This document shows, in pieces, positions 1 to 10,131 of a DNA stretch of 60,494 nt. Source of the DNA: Comamonadaceae bacterium (lineage in GTDB: Bacteria; Pseudomonadota; Gammaproteobacteria; Burkholderiales; Burkholderiaceae_C); the NCBI GenBank assembly GCA_041311135.1, contig JBFYKC010000011.1, forward strand, positions 1 through 60,494, given 5' to 3'. Numbering within the stretch: position 1 is the stretch's first letter; the number at the start of each line of letters is the position of its first letter. Made by a program: the position numbers and the translations under genes. The notes beneath the pieces are model-generated. The model was not told the origin of the DNA. It searched no databases and worked only from the letters and a program-made list of their open reading frames with translations.

Positions 1-66
1 GTGTTGGGTATTGGCCGCTGACGATTTCTGGTACCCCAGCATGAGGAAGCGGCCAATACCCAACAC
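1..66. repeat. Perfect 19-bp inverted repeat with 28-nt loop; possibly a truncated REP/MITE-like element
   Basis: GTGTTGGGTATTGGCCGCT (1-19) is the exact reverse complement of AGCGGCCAATACCCAACAC (48-66); the stem may continue beyond the window edge. Confidence 0.75.
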
Positions 67-125
67 CCTCAGCGAGCTCAGCAAAAAAACTGACGTAAGT
101 AGAAAAGCAAAAGAGAGCACAACAA

Positions 126-575
126 ATGAAATGTCCCTTCTGCGGTCACCTAGAAACCCAAGTCGTTGAAACCCGCATGTCCGAAGACGGCGACTCCATC
201 CGACGCCGTCGTCAATGTGGCGCCTGTGAAAAGCGCTACACCACCTACGAACGTCCCGATGTGAGCTTTCCTAACATCGTCAAAAAAGACGGTCGTCGAA
301 TTGAATACAAACGCCAAAAACTTTTGGAATCCATGGGGCTCGCTTTGCGCAAACGTCCGGTGAGCACCGAGCAAGTGGATAACGCGATTGAACGCATTGA
401 AGAAAAACTCTTGGCCTTGGGGCAACGCGAAGTGCCCTCCACCCGCATTGGTGAGTTGGTGATGCGTGAACTCAAAAAACTCGACAAAGTGGCTTACATC
501 CGCTTTGCCAGTGTGTACCGCAGTTTCGAAGACATCGACGATTTCAAGAGCTTGGTGGACGAAGTTCGCAAGTAA
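126..575 (+). CDS. nrdR: Transcriptional repressor NrdR
   Basis: MKCPFC...IRRRRQC..C Zn ribbon, ATP-cone, [13 protein letters not shown]. Confidence 0.97.
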   Translation: MKCPFCGHLETQVVETRMSEDGDSIRRRRQCGACEKRYTTYERPDVSFPNIVKKDGRRIEYKRQKLLESMGLALRKRPVSTEQVDNAIERIEEKLLALGQREVPSTRIGELVMRELKKLDKVAYIRFASVYRSFEDIDDFKSLVDEVRK

Positions 576-610
576 TTTTTGAGTCGTGACCCTGCGCTGA
601 AAAGCGCACC

Positions 611-649
611 AAACCTAGCATTTGCGGCATGCAATCGCTAGGTTTTTTT
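611..649 (+). terminator. Rho-independent terminator-like hairpin between nrdR and fimT
   Basis: AAACCTAGC (611-619) pairs with GCTAGGTTT (637-645); inner TTGC/GCAA pair; T7 tract follows the GG. Confidence 0.6.
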
Positions 650-650
650 C

Positions 651-1151
651 ATGTCCTCACACCTCCACAACCCAGGCTTCAGCTTGGTTGAGCTGCTGGT
701 GTGCTTGGCGTTGCTGGCTAGTCTGGCAACTTTCGCCACGCCGCTGTGGCAGCGCAACCAAGAGGCCCGTCGGGTCGACGCCGCGCGCGACCAACTCATC
801 ACCGACTTGCAAAGTGCACGCGTACGCGCACTGCAACAGGGCGAAGCCTTGCAACTGTCACGCGTGTCGGGGTGTGCATGGGCAAGCTCAGCCGACAACG
901 ACTGGAGCTGCGGCTGGCAACTCAAGCTCAAAGCGAGCCAAACGGTGTTGCAAACCACCGCCCTGGACACACCGTTGAAGGTGACGTTTGGCAAGTCAGT
1001 GCCCCTGGACATCAGCACGCGAGGCGACTTGGGCACGGTGGGTGAGCGTTGGGTCATTCAGTCGCGACAGAACACATTCAACGTCGCCATGACGTTATGC
1101 CTCAACAGCGCCAGCCGTGTGCGTTGGCAGTCGGGGGACACATGCAGTTGA
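651..1151 (+). CDS. fimT: Type IV minor pilin, FimT/GspH family
   Basis: Prepilin site G|FSLVELL, hydrophobic helix, GspH-like LQSARVRA; first gene of cluster. Confidence 0.85.
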   Translation: MSSHLHNPGFSLVELLVCLALLASLATFATPLWQRNQEARRVDAARDQLITDLQSARVRALQQGEALQLSRVSGCAWASSADNDWSCGWQLKLKASQTVLQTTALDTPLKVTFGKSVPLDISTRGDLGTVGERWVIQSRQNTFNVAMTLCLNSASRVRWQSGDTCS

Positions 1152-1639
1152 ACACCTCCAAAGGGTTTGCACTGCTCGAAGCCTTGGTCGCTCTGGTGAT
1201 CTTGGCCTTTGGTTTACTGGGTCTGCTGTGGCTGCACCAGCAAGCACTGGTCGCACAACGCCAACAACTGATGCGCTCGGTGGCCTCCGGCATCGCAGAC
1301 GACTTGGCTGAACGCATGCGTCTCAATGCGCCACAAAGTGCGGGGTACGCCAAAAGCTGGGGCAGCCACGCCACAGCACTCGGCACAGACTGTGCCGCCG
1401 CCCCTTGTCTGCGCAGCGAACTGGCTGTTTGGGATTTAGCGCAGCTGCAGCAAAGTTTGGACACGCAATTGCCCGAAGGCGATGCCGCCGTGTTCGCGCT
1501 CACCTCACCAGGCTGGTGGGGCATCGTGGTGGCCTGGCGTGATGCCAATGAAAGCTACCGCACCGACACCACCGCTGGCACACCCCCTTGTCCCGCACAG
1601 ATGAGTTGTTGGCGACTTTTCTTTCGACCCGACCGATGA
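1142..1639 (+). CDS. pilV: Type IV pilus modification protein PilV
   Basis: G|FALLEALVALVILAFGLLG, DLAERMRLN, LPEG; ATG at 1142. Confidence 0.9.
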   Translation: MQLNTSKGFALLEALVALVILAFGLLGLLWLHQQALVAQRQQLMRSVASGIADDLAERMRLNAPQSAGYAKSWGSHATALGTDCAAAPCLRSELAVWDLAQLQQSLDTQLPEGDAAVFALTSPGWWGIVVAWRDANESYRTDTTAGTPPCPAQMSCWRLFFRPDR

Positions 1640-2388
1640 AGCTGCACCATCCCACGCGCATGCAGGGCCACACCCTGCCCGAGTTGCTGATTGGCATGAC
1701 CTTGAGTTTGCTGGTCATTGCTGTCGCCACCTCCGTCTATGGCGTGAGCCAACACAGTTGGACCACCATGACTGCAGCTGACGCCTTGCATGCCAACGCA
1801 CGCGTTGCCCTGCGCAACTTGCGCGAACAAGCGCAGGTGTTAGGCGGTGCCTACCTAGAGGCAGCCACCAGCAATACCGTGCGTATCTCGCCAGCAGAGG
1901 ACATCGGACAACCGGCCTTGGCGGGCCTGCATGGCAGCAAAACCACCGAAAGCATCACCCTGGGACATTGGCACGCGTTAGACGCCGTGGATTGCCAAGG
2001 CAACGCAGCCAGCAACCACAGCACCGTACGCAACGACTACAAACGCAACACCCACAAAGAGTTGACATGCAAAGACCTCAACCTGACCAACAGCACCTAC
2101 CAAGCCTTGGCCGAAGGTGTCGAAGATTTTCAAGTGCGCTACGCACAAGCCAACCCTGTGAACCACACCCTGCAGTGGCTCACCGCCAACCAAGTGACCG
2201 ACATGTCACACGTGATGGCCATTGAAATTTGTCTGCACATGGCCAGCCTCTCTGTCATCAACAGCTCCGCTTTCGTCCAAACCAAAAGCAAAGGCTGCCT
2301 CGATGAACCCTTGGTGGCCGACGGTCGGTTGCGACACGTGTTCAAACGTGTCATCGCCCTGCGCAACCGCGAAGGTGTGATGCCATGA
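1636..2388 (+). CDS. pilW: Type IV minor pilin PilW
   Basis: G|HTLPELLIG prepilin motif, LAEGVEDFQVRY, C-terminal IALRN; ATGA overlap with pilV. Confidence 0.85.
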   Translation: MKLHHPTRMQGHTLPELLIGMTLSLLVIAVATSVYGVSQHSWTTMTAADALHANARVALRNLREQAQVLGGAYLEAATSNTVRISPAEDIGQPALAGLHGSKTTESITLGHWHALDAVDCQGNAASNHSTVRNDYKRNTHKELTCKDLNLTNSTYQALAEGVEDFQVRYAQANPVNHTLQWLTANQVTDMSHVMAIEICLHMASLSVINSSAFVQTKSKGCLDEPLVADGRLRHVFKRVIALRNREGVMP

Positions 2389-3017
2389 GGCAGCCCATCC
2401 CCCCGCAGCAAGGTCTGGCGCTGCCCACCTTGATGGTGGTGCTGTCTGTGGCTGGCCTTGCAGCCCTCTTAGCTTGGCGCAATTTAGGAGTCAACGACCA
2501 GTTGCTCAACGCCGAGGCCGACCAACTTCGCACGCAACGGCAAGCCGAAGCCGTGCTGCCTCTGGCAGTGCAAGACATCGTGAGCAATGCCACGTCCAAC
2601 CTGCGGCACACCATGGGCAGCAGCACCGACACCCACGCCTTCTTTCCCAACACCTTGGCCGAATACGCCGTGTTACAGCAACGCGTGAGTGCTGCACGCT
2701 GCCAGTCAGGCATTTGTGTGCCGTTAGGGTCTGTCACCGCCACGCCCCAAAAAGCCAGCGACTGGAAAGCGCAGATCCACACGGCCATCGCCATCGGCGC
2801 AGCCGACTCGCCCTATGGAGCCAACACCGCGTGGTACTGGGTCGAGGTGTTTCCAGAAGAAAACACAGGCGCTTTCGTCTACCGTGTGACCACCCTGGCC
2901 CAAGGTGTGTGGCCAAGCAGCACCTCTGTCTTGCAAGCCGTTTGGCAACGCGACACGTCGTTAGGGCCCACCTCACTCACCGGGAAATGGCACAGCTGGC
3001 AAGTGCTGCACGATTGA
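2385..3017 (+). CDS. pilX: Type IV minor pilin PilX
   Basis: QQG|LALPTLM lacks Glu5 as is typical of PilX/GspK; YRVTTLAQG...VLQAV C-terminus. Confidence 0.8.
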   Translation: MRQPIPPQQGLALPTLMVVLSVAGLAALLAWRNLGVNDQLLNAEADQLRTQRQAEAVLPLAVQDIVSNATSNLRHTMGSSTDTHAFFPNTLAEYAVLQQRVSAARCQSGICVPLGSVTATPQKASDWKAQIHTAIAIGAADSPYGANTAWYWVEVFPEENTGAFVYRVTTLAQGVWPSSTSVLQAVWQRDTSLGPTSLTGKWHSWQVLHD

Positions 3018-3448
3018 TGCCCGCCATGCCTTACCCTCATCCATCACCCCAACGCAGCCACGGATTCACACTCATCGAACTGCTCATCACACTTGTCTGC
3101 ATCGCCTTGCTGACCAGCCTCGCTGGCCCCAGCTACCAAGCGTGGGTGTTGCGCAGCCAGCGGGCACAAGCACGGGTGTCGTTGCTGCAAACCGCCCATT
3201 GGCTCGAGCGCTCAGCCAGTGCCAACGGCAGCTACCCAGCAGCCAAAGATGTTCCGTCCAGCGTGTTGCTCATCGACGGACAACATTACCAACTCAGCAT
3301 CACCAGCAGTGCGCACACCTACACCCTCAGTGCCACACCACTCGGCGCACAAACCGCCGACGCCTGTGGCACCTTGGTCATCACCCATGTCGGCGAACGC
3401 AGCGTGCAAGGGGCCAGTCAAAGCGCCGCCCAATGCTGGGGCCGGTGA
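3017..3448 (+). CDS. pilE: Type IV minor pilin PilE
   Basis: G|FTLIELLI, PSYQ, SATP.G.Q..D.CG.L...CW signature; TGATG coupling to pilX. Confidence 0.9.
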   Translation: MPAMPYPHPSPQRSHGFTLIELLITLVCIALLTSLAGPSYQAWVLRSQRAQARVSLLQTAHWLERSASANGSYPAAKDVPSSVLLIDGQHYQLSITSSAHTYTLSATPLGAQTADACGTLVITHVGERSVQGASQSAAQCWGR

Positions 3449-3473
3449 CGTAGGCCCGTTCATAATTGCGGCC

Positions 3474-4577
3474 ATGAGTTTTTCCGCGCACGACACCGCC
3501 CATATGACGCACGCCTTGGCCCTGGCGCGCGAGGCTTTGTTTTTGACATCGCCCAACCCGCGTGTGGGATGCGTCATCGTCGACGCCGACGGTCAGGTGC
3601 TTGGCAGCGGCCACACGCAACGCGCGGGCGAAGCCCATGCCGAAGTCATGGCCCTGCGCGATGCACAAGCCAAAGGTAATGACGTAAAAAGTGCCACCGC
3701 CTATGTGACGCTCGAGCCCTGCAGCCACCAAGGTCGCACCGGTCCTTGCTGCGATGCACTCATTCAAGCTGGGCTGTCACGTGTGGTCGTGGCGCTGCAA
3801 GACCCCAACCCGCACGTGGCCGGCCAAGGCATGGCACGTTTGCGTGCAGCAGGCGTGCAGGTCGACGTGGGCTTGATGGCCGCTGAGGCCCACGAACTCA
3901 ACATCGGTTTCTTCAAACGCATGACCCAAGGCGCGCCTTGGGTGCGCCTCAAAATGGCGGCCTCGTTGGACGGCCAAACCGCGCTCGACAACGGCGCGAG
4001 CCAGTGGATCACGTCACCACTTGCCCGTGACGACGGCCATGCGTGGCGCGCCCGTGCATGCGTCGTGCTCACAGGCATCGGCACGGTGCTGGAAGACAAC
4101 CCCCGACTGGACGTGCGTGCGGTGCCCACGCCGCGCCAACCCACCTTGGTGGTGATGGACAGCCGACTGGAAACGCCGCCCTCTGCCCAGCTCTTCGCGC
4201 CTCAACGTCCGGTTTGGATTTATTGCGCCATCGATCAGCCTGAACGTCGCGCGGCACTCGAAGCCCATGGTGCGCGCGTCATCTGCTTGCCCAACCCCAA
4301 CGGCAAGGTGGATCTTGCGGCCATGTTGCAAGACCTAGGGGCCCAACACATCAACGAAGTCCATGTGGAAGCCGGCCACAAGCTCAACGGCTCCTTGCTG
4401 CGCGAAAACTTGGTGGACGAACTGCTCACCTACTTGGCCCCCAAGTTGATGGGGCAAGGACGTGGCATGACCAACCTAGGGCCGTTCACCGCGCTGGACG
4501 ATGCCAAAACCTTGTCGTTTCACGAAGTGACAAAAATCGGACCCGATTTAAGAATATTGGCCCGTCTCAGCCGGTAA
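3474..4577 (+). CDS. ribD: Riboflavin biosynthesis deaminase/reductase RibD
   Basis: PNPRVGC, HAE, TLEPCSH.GRT.PC, ASLDG; ATG at 3474. Confidence 0.96.
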   Translation: MSFSAHDTAHMTHALALAREALFLTSPNPRVGCVIVDADGQVLGSGHTQRAGEAHAEVMALRDAQAKGNDVKSATAYVTLEPCSHQGRTGPCCDALIQAGLSRVVVALQDPNPHVAGQGMARLRAAGVQVDVGLMAAEAHELNIGFFKRMTQGAPWVRLKMAASLDGQTALDNGASQWITSPLARDDGHAWRARACVVLTGIGTVLEDNPRLDVRAVPTPRQPTLVVMDSRLETPPSAQLFAPQRPVWIYCAIDQPERRAALEAHGARVICLPNPNGKVDLAAMLQDLGAQHINEVHVEAGHKLNGSLLRENLVDELLTYLAPKLMGQGRGMTNLGPFTALDDAKTLSFHEVTKIGPDLRILARLSR

Positions 4578-4606
4578 GCCGGGCGTAAACCTGCGAAAAT
4601 AGCAGG

Positions 4607-5287
4607 ATGTTCACCGGAATCATCACCGGCGTGGGGCGCATCACCGCTGTCCACGACCTGGGTAGCTCTTTAAACCACGGCAAGCGCCTCACGCTGCAGG
4701 CGCCCGCGGGTTATCTCGACGACGTCGCACTGGGGGACAGCATCGCGCTCAATGGCGCTTGCATGACGGTCACCCGCTTCGACCTCGACACGCACACCTT
4801 CACCATCGACATCTCTGCTGAATCATTGGCTCGCACCAGTGGCTTGGCCGAGTTGGGTCGCGTCAACCTTGAAAAAGCCTTGCGTGCCCACGACCGTTTG
4901 GGTGGCCACATCGTGTCGGGCCATGTCGACGGCATTGGCCACGTGAGCCACTTTGCCCAGATCGGCGAAAGCTGGGAACTGCGCATCATGGCCCCCACGG
5001 ACTTGGCCAAGTACTTGGCCTACAAAGGCTCAATCACCATCAATGGCGTGAGCCTGACCGTGAACCGCGTGCAAGACTTCTTTGACGCCGATGGCCCCTT
5101 GGGTTTGCGTGGTTCAGAAGTCAGCATCAACCTCATTCCTCACACCGTCGACAACACCGCCTTGGGCTCGCTCACAACGGGCAGCACGGTGAACCTCGAA
5201 ATTGACACGGTTGCCCGCTACGTTGAACGCATGTTGCGTGTCGACGCCTCGCTGGGCCATACCGCCTCTTTGAAAGCCAACGCATGA
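4607..5287 (+). CDS. ribE: Riboflavin synthase (alpha chain)
   Basis: MFTGI N-terminus, [23 protein letters not shown]. Confidence 0.97.
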   Translation: MFTGIITGVGRITAVHDLGSSLNHGKRLTLQAPAGYLDDVALGDSIALNGACMTVTRFDLDTHTFTIDISAESLARTSGLAELGRVNLEKALRAHDRLGGHIVSGHVDGIGHVSHFAQIGESWELRIMAPTDLAKYLAYKGSITINGVSLTVNRVQDFFDADGPLGLRGSEVSINLIPHTVDNTALGSLTTGSTVNLEIDTVARYVERMLRVDASLGHTASLKANA

Positions 5288-6417
5288 GCACCCCTACCCC
5301 ACCGGGCTTGACGCCTGTGGCCATTTCCCCCGTCGAAGACATCGTGGCTGACATGAAAGCCGGTCGCATCGTCATCTTGGTAGACGAAGAAGACCGCGAG
5401 AACGAAGGCGATTTGGTGTTGGCGTCTGACCATGTCACCCCCGAAGCCATCAACTTCATGGCACGCTTTGGTCGTGGCTTGATTTGCCTCACCCTCACCC
5501 GTGAACGCTGCGAATACCTGAAGTTGCCGCCCATGGCCGCCCGCAACGGCACGGTCTACAGCACCGCATTCACCGTCTCGATCGAAGCCGCTGAAGGCGT
5601 GACCACCGGTATCTCTGCCGCCGACCGTTCACGCACCATTGAAGTGGCCGTGGCCAAAGGCACAAAGCCCACCGACTTGGTGCAGCCAGGCCACGTGTTC
5701 CCCCTGCAAGCGGTGGATGGCGGTGTGCTCATGCGCGCCGGTCATACCGAAGCCGGTTGCGACTTGGCCGCGATGGCCGGTTGTTCGCCCTCTTCAGTGA
5801 TTTGCGAAATCATGAAGGACGACGGCACCATGGCCCGTCTGCCCGATTTGCAACTCTTCGCTGCCGAACACGGTTTGAAGATTGGCACCATCGCCGACCT
5901 GATTGCTTACCGCAGTCGCAATGAATCGCTGGTGCACAAGGTCAGCACACGCGTGATGCACACCGCACACGGCGCGTTCACCGCCAACGCCTACAAAGAC
6001 ATGACCAGCGGTGACGTGCACATGGCCCTCGTCAAAGGCACATGGGGCGCAGACGCCGAAGTGCTGGCCCGCGTGCACGAACCCCTGTCTGTGCTGGACG
6101 CACTCGAACCCAACCGCGTCATGCACTCGTGGGGCTTGGATGCCGCCATGCAACGCATTGCCACAGAAGGCACCGGCGTCATCGTGCTGCTCAACTGCGG
6201 CGAAAGCGGTGAACAGTTGCTGTCGCAATTCGACGGCACCGCCCGCTCAGCCCATGGCCCCGAACGTGGTCGCATGGACTTACGCAGCTACGGCGTGGGC
6301 GCACAAATCTTGCGCGACTGCGGCGTGCACAAAATGCGCCTCATGGGCAACCCACGCCGCATGCCCAGCATGACGGGCTACGGGCTTGAAATCACCGGTT
6401 ACCTGTCCAAAGAATAA
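5284..6417 (+). CDS. ribB: DHBP synthase fused to a degenerate GTP cyclohydrolase II-like domain (RibBX type)
   Basis: [10 protein letters not shown] and GHTEA RibB motifs; C-terminal domain lacks the RibA Zn-binding cysteines after RVH. Confidence 0.92.
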   Translation: MSTPTPPGLTPVAISPVEDIVADMKAGRIVILVDEEDRENEGDLVLASDHVTPEAINFMARFGRGLICLTLTRERCEYLKLPPMAARNGTVYSTAFTVSIEAAEGVTTGISAADRSRTIEVAVAKGTKPTDLVQPGHVFPLQAVDGGVLMRAGHTEAGCDLAAMAGCSPSSVICEIMKDDGTMARLPDLQLFAAEHGLKIGTIADLIAYRSRNESLVHKVSTRVMHTAHGAFTANAYKDMTSGDVHMALVKGTWGADAEVLARVHEPLSVLDALEPNRVMHSWGLDAAMQRIATEGTGVIVLLNCGESGEQLLSQFDGTARSAHGPERGRMDLRSYGVGAQILRDCGVHKMRLMGNPRRMPSMTGYGLEITGYLSKE

Positions 6418-6437
6418 ATCGCTCAAAGAATAAAACC

Positions 6438-6911
6438 ATGTTTGTCTCTAACCTCGGCTCCACCACCACCCTCGACGGCAGCGCTTTGAAAATTGGCATC
6501 GTCCAAGCGCGTTTCAACGACGACATCACCAACGCTCTGGCCGCTGCCTGCATTGCCGAACTCAAAGCCATGGGTGTAGCGGATGACCGCATCACCCACG
6601 TGCATGTGCCCGGTGCGCTTGAAGTGCCCTTGGCCTTGGCGGCGTTGGCACAAATTGAAGACCCTGAGCCATTCAGCGCTCTGATTGCGCTGGGCTGCAT
6701 CATCCGTGGCGAGACCTACCACTTTGAATTGGTCGCCAATGAATCGGGCGCCGGCGTGACCCGTGTGGGCATGGACTACCACGTGCCGATTGCCAACGCC
6801 ATCCTGACCACCGAAAACTTGGAACAAGCCGTGGCGCGTCAAACCGACAAAGGCCGCGATGCAGCCCGTGTGGCCGTGGAAATGGCCTTGTTGCTGGAGA
6901 GCTTGGCATGA
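6438..6911 (+). CDS. ribH: 6,7-dimethyl-8-ribityllumazine synthase
   Basis: [22 protein letters not shown]. Confidence 0.97.
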   Translation: MFVSNLGSTTTLDGSALKIGIVQARFNDDITNALAAACIAELKAMGVADDRITHVHVPGALEVPLALAALAQIEDPEPFSALIALGCIIRGETYHFELVANESGAGVTRVGMDYHVPIANAILTTENLEQAVARQTDKGRDAARVAVEMALLLESLA

Positions 6912-7405
6912 GCGAACACAATTCCTCAACCGACGCCAAAGCCCCACGTAAAAGCAGCGCCAAATCTGGCCGCAGCCGCTCGCGCGAATTTGCACTCCAA
7001 GGCCTGTATCAATTCTTGGTCGGCCAAAACGAGGCCGCAGACATTGATGTGTTCACACGCGACTTGAGCGGGTTCCACAAATCCGACTCGGTGCACTACG
7101 ACGCGCTGCTGTACGGCTGCATCGAACAACGCGAGGTGTTGGATTCACTCATCGAACCTTTGCTCGACCGCAAGCTCGACGAAATTTCCCCCATCGAACA
7201 CGCGGTGATGTGGATGGGCACCTACGAGTTTCAGCACTGCATCGACGTGCCCTGGCGCGTGGTGTTGAACGAATACATCGAGTTGGCCAAATCATTTGGC
7301 GGCACCGATGGCCACAAATATGTGAACGGTGTGCTCAACGGTTTGGCGTCCAAGCTGCGCCCTCTCGAAGTCGAAGCAGACCGCGCCAAAGGCAAGATGC
7401 AATGA
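6908..7405 (+). CDS. nusB: Transcription antitermination factor NusB
   Basis: [31 protein letters not shown]; follows ribH. Confidence 0.96.
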   Translation: MSEHNSSTDAKAPRKSSAKSGRSRSREFALQGLYQFLVGQNEAADIDVFTRDLSGFHKSDSVHYDALLYGCIEQREVLDSLIEPLLDRKLDEISPIEHAVMWMGTYEFQHCIDVPWRVVLNEYIELAKSFGGTDGHKYVNGVLNGLASKLRPLEVEADRAKGKMQ

Positions 7406-8586
7406 AGATTGCTCAGCGCGCCCAACGCATTGAACCTTTCTATGTGATGGAGGTTGCCAAAGCGGCAACCGAGCGCGCCGCCTTGGTGGCGCACACCGAG
7501 TCGCCCATGATCTTCTTGAACATTGGCGAGCCCGATTTCACCGCCCCCCCCTTGGTGCAAGAAGCGGCTGTCCGTGCCGTGCACGACGGCGTGACGCAGT
7601 ACACACCGGCCTTGGGCATTTCTGAATTGCGTGAGCGCATCAGCGCTTGGTACCAAACGCGTTTTGGCGTGAACGTGCCTGCGCGCCGCATCGTGGTCAC
7701 CGCGGGTGCTTCGGCTGCGTTGCAACTGGCCTGCTTGGCCTTGATTGAAACCGGCGACGAAGTGCTCATGCCCGACCCCAGCTACCCGTGCAACCGCCAC
7801 TTCGTCAGCGCCGCAGAAGGGCGTGCGGTGTTGGTTCCCACCACGGCCGCCGAGCGCTTTCAACTCAGCGCCGAGCAAGTGAGCGCGAACTGGACAGCGC
7901 ACACGCGCGGTGTGCTGTTGGCATCCCCCTCCAACCCCACCGGCACCTCCATCCATCCCGATTCGTTACGCGCCATTCACAACGAGGTGTCGCAACGCGG
8001 CGGCACCTCGTTGATCGATGAAATTTATCTGGGCCTCAGCTACGACGCGCAGTTTGGCCAGTCCGCGCTCGCCATCGATGACAACATCATCAGCATCAAC
8101 AGTTTCAGCAAATACTTCAACATGACGGGCTGGCGACTCGGCTGGCTGGTCGTGCCCGATGCCCTCGTCCCCGTGATTGAGCGTTTGGCACAAAACCTGT
8201 TCATCTGCGCCAGCACCGTGGCACAACATGCCGCATTGGGATGTTTTGAAGCTGAGAGCATCGCCGAGTACGAGCGTCGCCGCGCCGAGTTCAAAGCCCG
8301 CCGCGATTACTTTGTGCCGGCACTGCAAGCCCTCGGTTTGAACGTGCCCGTGATGCCCGATGGCGCGTTTTACGCGTGGGCTGATTGCACCGCAGCCGCG
8401 CACAAACTGGGTGTCAAAGACAGTTGGGACTTTGCCTTCGAAGTGATGAAACAGGCCAACTTAGCCATCACCCCAGGCCGTGACTTTGGCCATGCAGACA
8501 CCGCGCACTTTGTGCGCTTTTCGACCGCCCGCTCGTTGCCTGAATTGCAAACAGCGATTGGGCGTTTACAAAAAATAGTGGGCTAA
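7402..8586 (+). CDS. PLP-dependent class I/II aminotransferase
   Basis: [31 protein letters not shown]; ATGA overlap with nusB. Confidence 0.93.
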   Translation: MKIAQRAQRIEPFYVMEVAKAATERAALVAHTESPMIFLNIGEPDFTAPPLVQEAAVRAVHDGVTQYTPALGISELRERISAWYQTRFGVNVPARRIVVTAGASAALQLACLALIETGDEVLMPDPSYPCNRHFVSAAEGRAVLVPTTAAERFQLSAEQVSANWTAHTRGVLLASPSNPTGTSIHPDSLRAIHNEVSQRGGTSLIDEIYLGLSYDAQFGQSALAIDDNIISINSFSKYFNMTGWRLGWLVVPDALVPVIERLAQNLFICASTVAQHAALGCFEAESIAEYERRRAEFKARRDYFVPALQALGLNVPVMPDGAFYAWADCTAAAHKLGVKDSWDFAFEVMKQANLAITPGRDFGHADTAHFVRFSTARSLPELQTAIGRLQKIVG

Positions 8587-8589
8587 TTC

Positions 8590-8988
8590 ATGAGCACCGT
8601 GTTCGAGCACCCGATTCGGGTTTATTGGGAAGACACCGATGCCGGCGGCATCGTGTTCTACGCCAACTATCTCAAGTTCTTTGAGCGCGCACGCACCGAA
8701 TGGTTGCGCGCCCTCGGCATTGGCCAACACGCGTTGCGCGAAGCAACTGGCGGCATGTTTGTGGTCAGCGAAACCGCTGTGAAATACCACCGCCCGGCCA
8801 AACTCGACGACCAGCTGCGTGTGACCGCCACATTGGCTGAAGGCGGTCGTGCCAGCTTGGTGATTGCACAGCAAGCCTGGCTCGGTGACAACCTGCTGTG
8901 CGAAGGCACGATCCGCATCGGCTGGGTCGATGCGACTGCCATGAAGCCTGCGAGAATTCCCTCTTCTGTATTGGAACGACTGACATGA
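8590..8988 (+). CDS. ybgC: Tol-Pal-associated acyl-CoA thioesterase YbgC
   Basis: RVYWEDTDAGGIVFYANYLKFFERARTEWL. Confidence 0.95.
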   Translation: MSTVFEHPIRVYWEDTDAGGIVFYANYLKFFERARTEWLRALGIGQHALREATGGMFVVSETAVKYHRPAKLDDQLRVTATLAEGGRASLVIAQQAWLGDNLLCEGTIRIGWVDATAMKPARIPSSVLERLT

Positions 8989-9674
8989 CACAAGATTTTT
9001 CCATCGTTCATTTGCTGCTCAACGCCAGTTGGGTTGTACAAGTGGTGGTCCTGATGCTGATGGGTGTTTCCATCACCAGTTGGGCCGCTATCTTCCGGAA
9101 AATTGGCGCCATCAAACGCGTGAACGAACTCAACGACGAGTTCGAACGTGACTTTTGGTCCGGCACCAGCCTGAACGAACTGTTCGCTTCAGCTGCACAA
9201 AATGCCAAGCACTCGGGTCCGATGGAACGCATCTTTGCCAGCGGCATGCGCGAGTACCAAAAACTGCGCGAGCGCCGTATCAACGACAGCAGCGCGCTGA
9301 TGGACGGTGCCCGTCGCGCCATGCGCGCGAGCTACCAACGCGAGATGGATGCAATTGAATCCAACTTGTCGCTGTTGGCTTCGGTCGGCTCGGTGTCACC
9401 TTACGTGGGCTTGTTTGGCACGGTCTGGGGCATCATGCATGCCTTCACAGGCTTGGCAGGCATGCAACAAGTGACGCTCGCCAAAGTGGCCCCTGGTATT
9501 GCCGAGGCCCTGGTAGCTACGGCCATTGGTTTGTTCGCCGCGATTCCGGCTGTGTTGGCCTACAACCGTTTTTCACGCGACATTGACCGTGTGTCCATCA
9601 AGTTAGAAACCTTCATTGAAGAGTTCAGCAACATCTTGCAGCGCAACGTCAGCGCCAGCACGATGGCGCACTAA
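8985..9674 (+). CDS. tolQ: TolQ
   Basis: SPYVGLFGTVWGIM, APGIAEALVATAIGLFAAIPA; ATG at 8985. Confidence 0.96.
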   Translation: MTQDFSIVHLLLNASWVVQVVVLMLMGVSITSWAAIFRKIGAIKRVNELNDEFERDFWSGTSLNELFASAAQNAKHSGPMERIFASGMREYQKLRERRINDSSALMDGARRAMRASYQREMDAIESNLSLLASVGSVSPYVGLFGTVWGIMHAFTGLAGMQQVTLAKVAPGIAEALVATAIGLFAAIPAVLAYNRFSRDIDRVSIKLETFIEEFSNILQRNVSASTMAH

Positions 9675-9688
9675 ACCGGAGACGCTGC

Positions 9689-10120
9689 ATGGCTTCTATC
9701 GCCCCTCGCGCCGGTCGCGGCCGCCGCGCCATGAACGACATCAATATGGTGCCGTTCATTGACGTGATGTTGGTGTTGCTGATCATCTTCATGGTCACGG
9801 CCCCCCTCATCTCTCCTAGCGTGATTGATTTGCCCAGCATCGGCAAAGCAGCCACCTTGCCCGACCAAGTGATTCATGTGGAGATCAGCAAAGAAGAACG
9901 CATCACCGTCAAAAGCACAGGCACCGTCAACAAGTCTGTGAGCAGCACCTTGAAAGGTTTGGCCCGTGATGTGCAAGAGTTGCAAGGCGAAACTTCACAG
10001 GGCCCCGTGGTGATCACTGCAGACAGAACCATCAAGTACGAAACCGTGGTCAAAGCCATGGACACGCTGCAACGTGCGGGGGTTCAACGCGTGGGCCTGT
10101 CAGTGCAACTGTCTGAGTAA
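9689..10120 (+). CDS. tolR: TolR
   Basis: INMVPFIDVMLVLLIIFMVTAP. Confidence 0.94.
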   Translation: MASIAPRAGRGRRAMNDINMVPFIDVMLVLLIIFMVTAPLISPSVIDLPSIGKAATLPDQVIHVEISKEERITVKSTGTVNKSVSSTLKGLARDVQELQGETSQGPVVITADRTIKYETVVKAMDTLQRAGVQRVGLSVQLSE

Positions 10121-10131
10121 TTCACACCCCC

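Noticed and set aside
625-639. Sigma54 promoter for the pilin cluster (CGGCATGCAATCGCT)
   Set aside because: GG-to-GC spacing is 9 nt rather than the required 10
581-650. ZTP (pfl) or c-di-GMP-I riboswitch, suggested by GAGTCGTGAC and a GAAA tetraloop
   Set aside because: The remaining conserved elements (CTGGCGA and 3' GCCTGGGC for pfl; GGCAAA and GACGCAAAG for c-di-GMP-I) are absent
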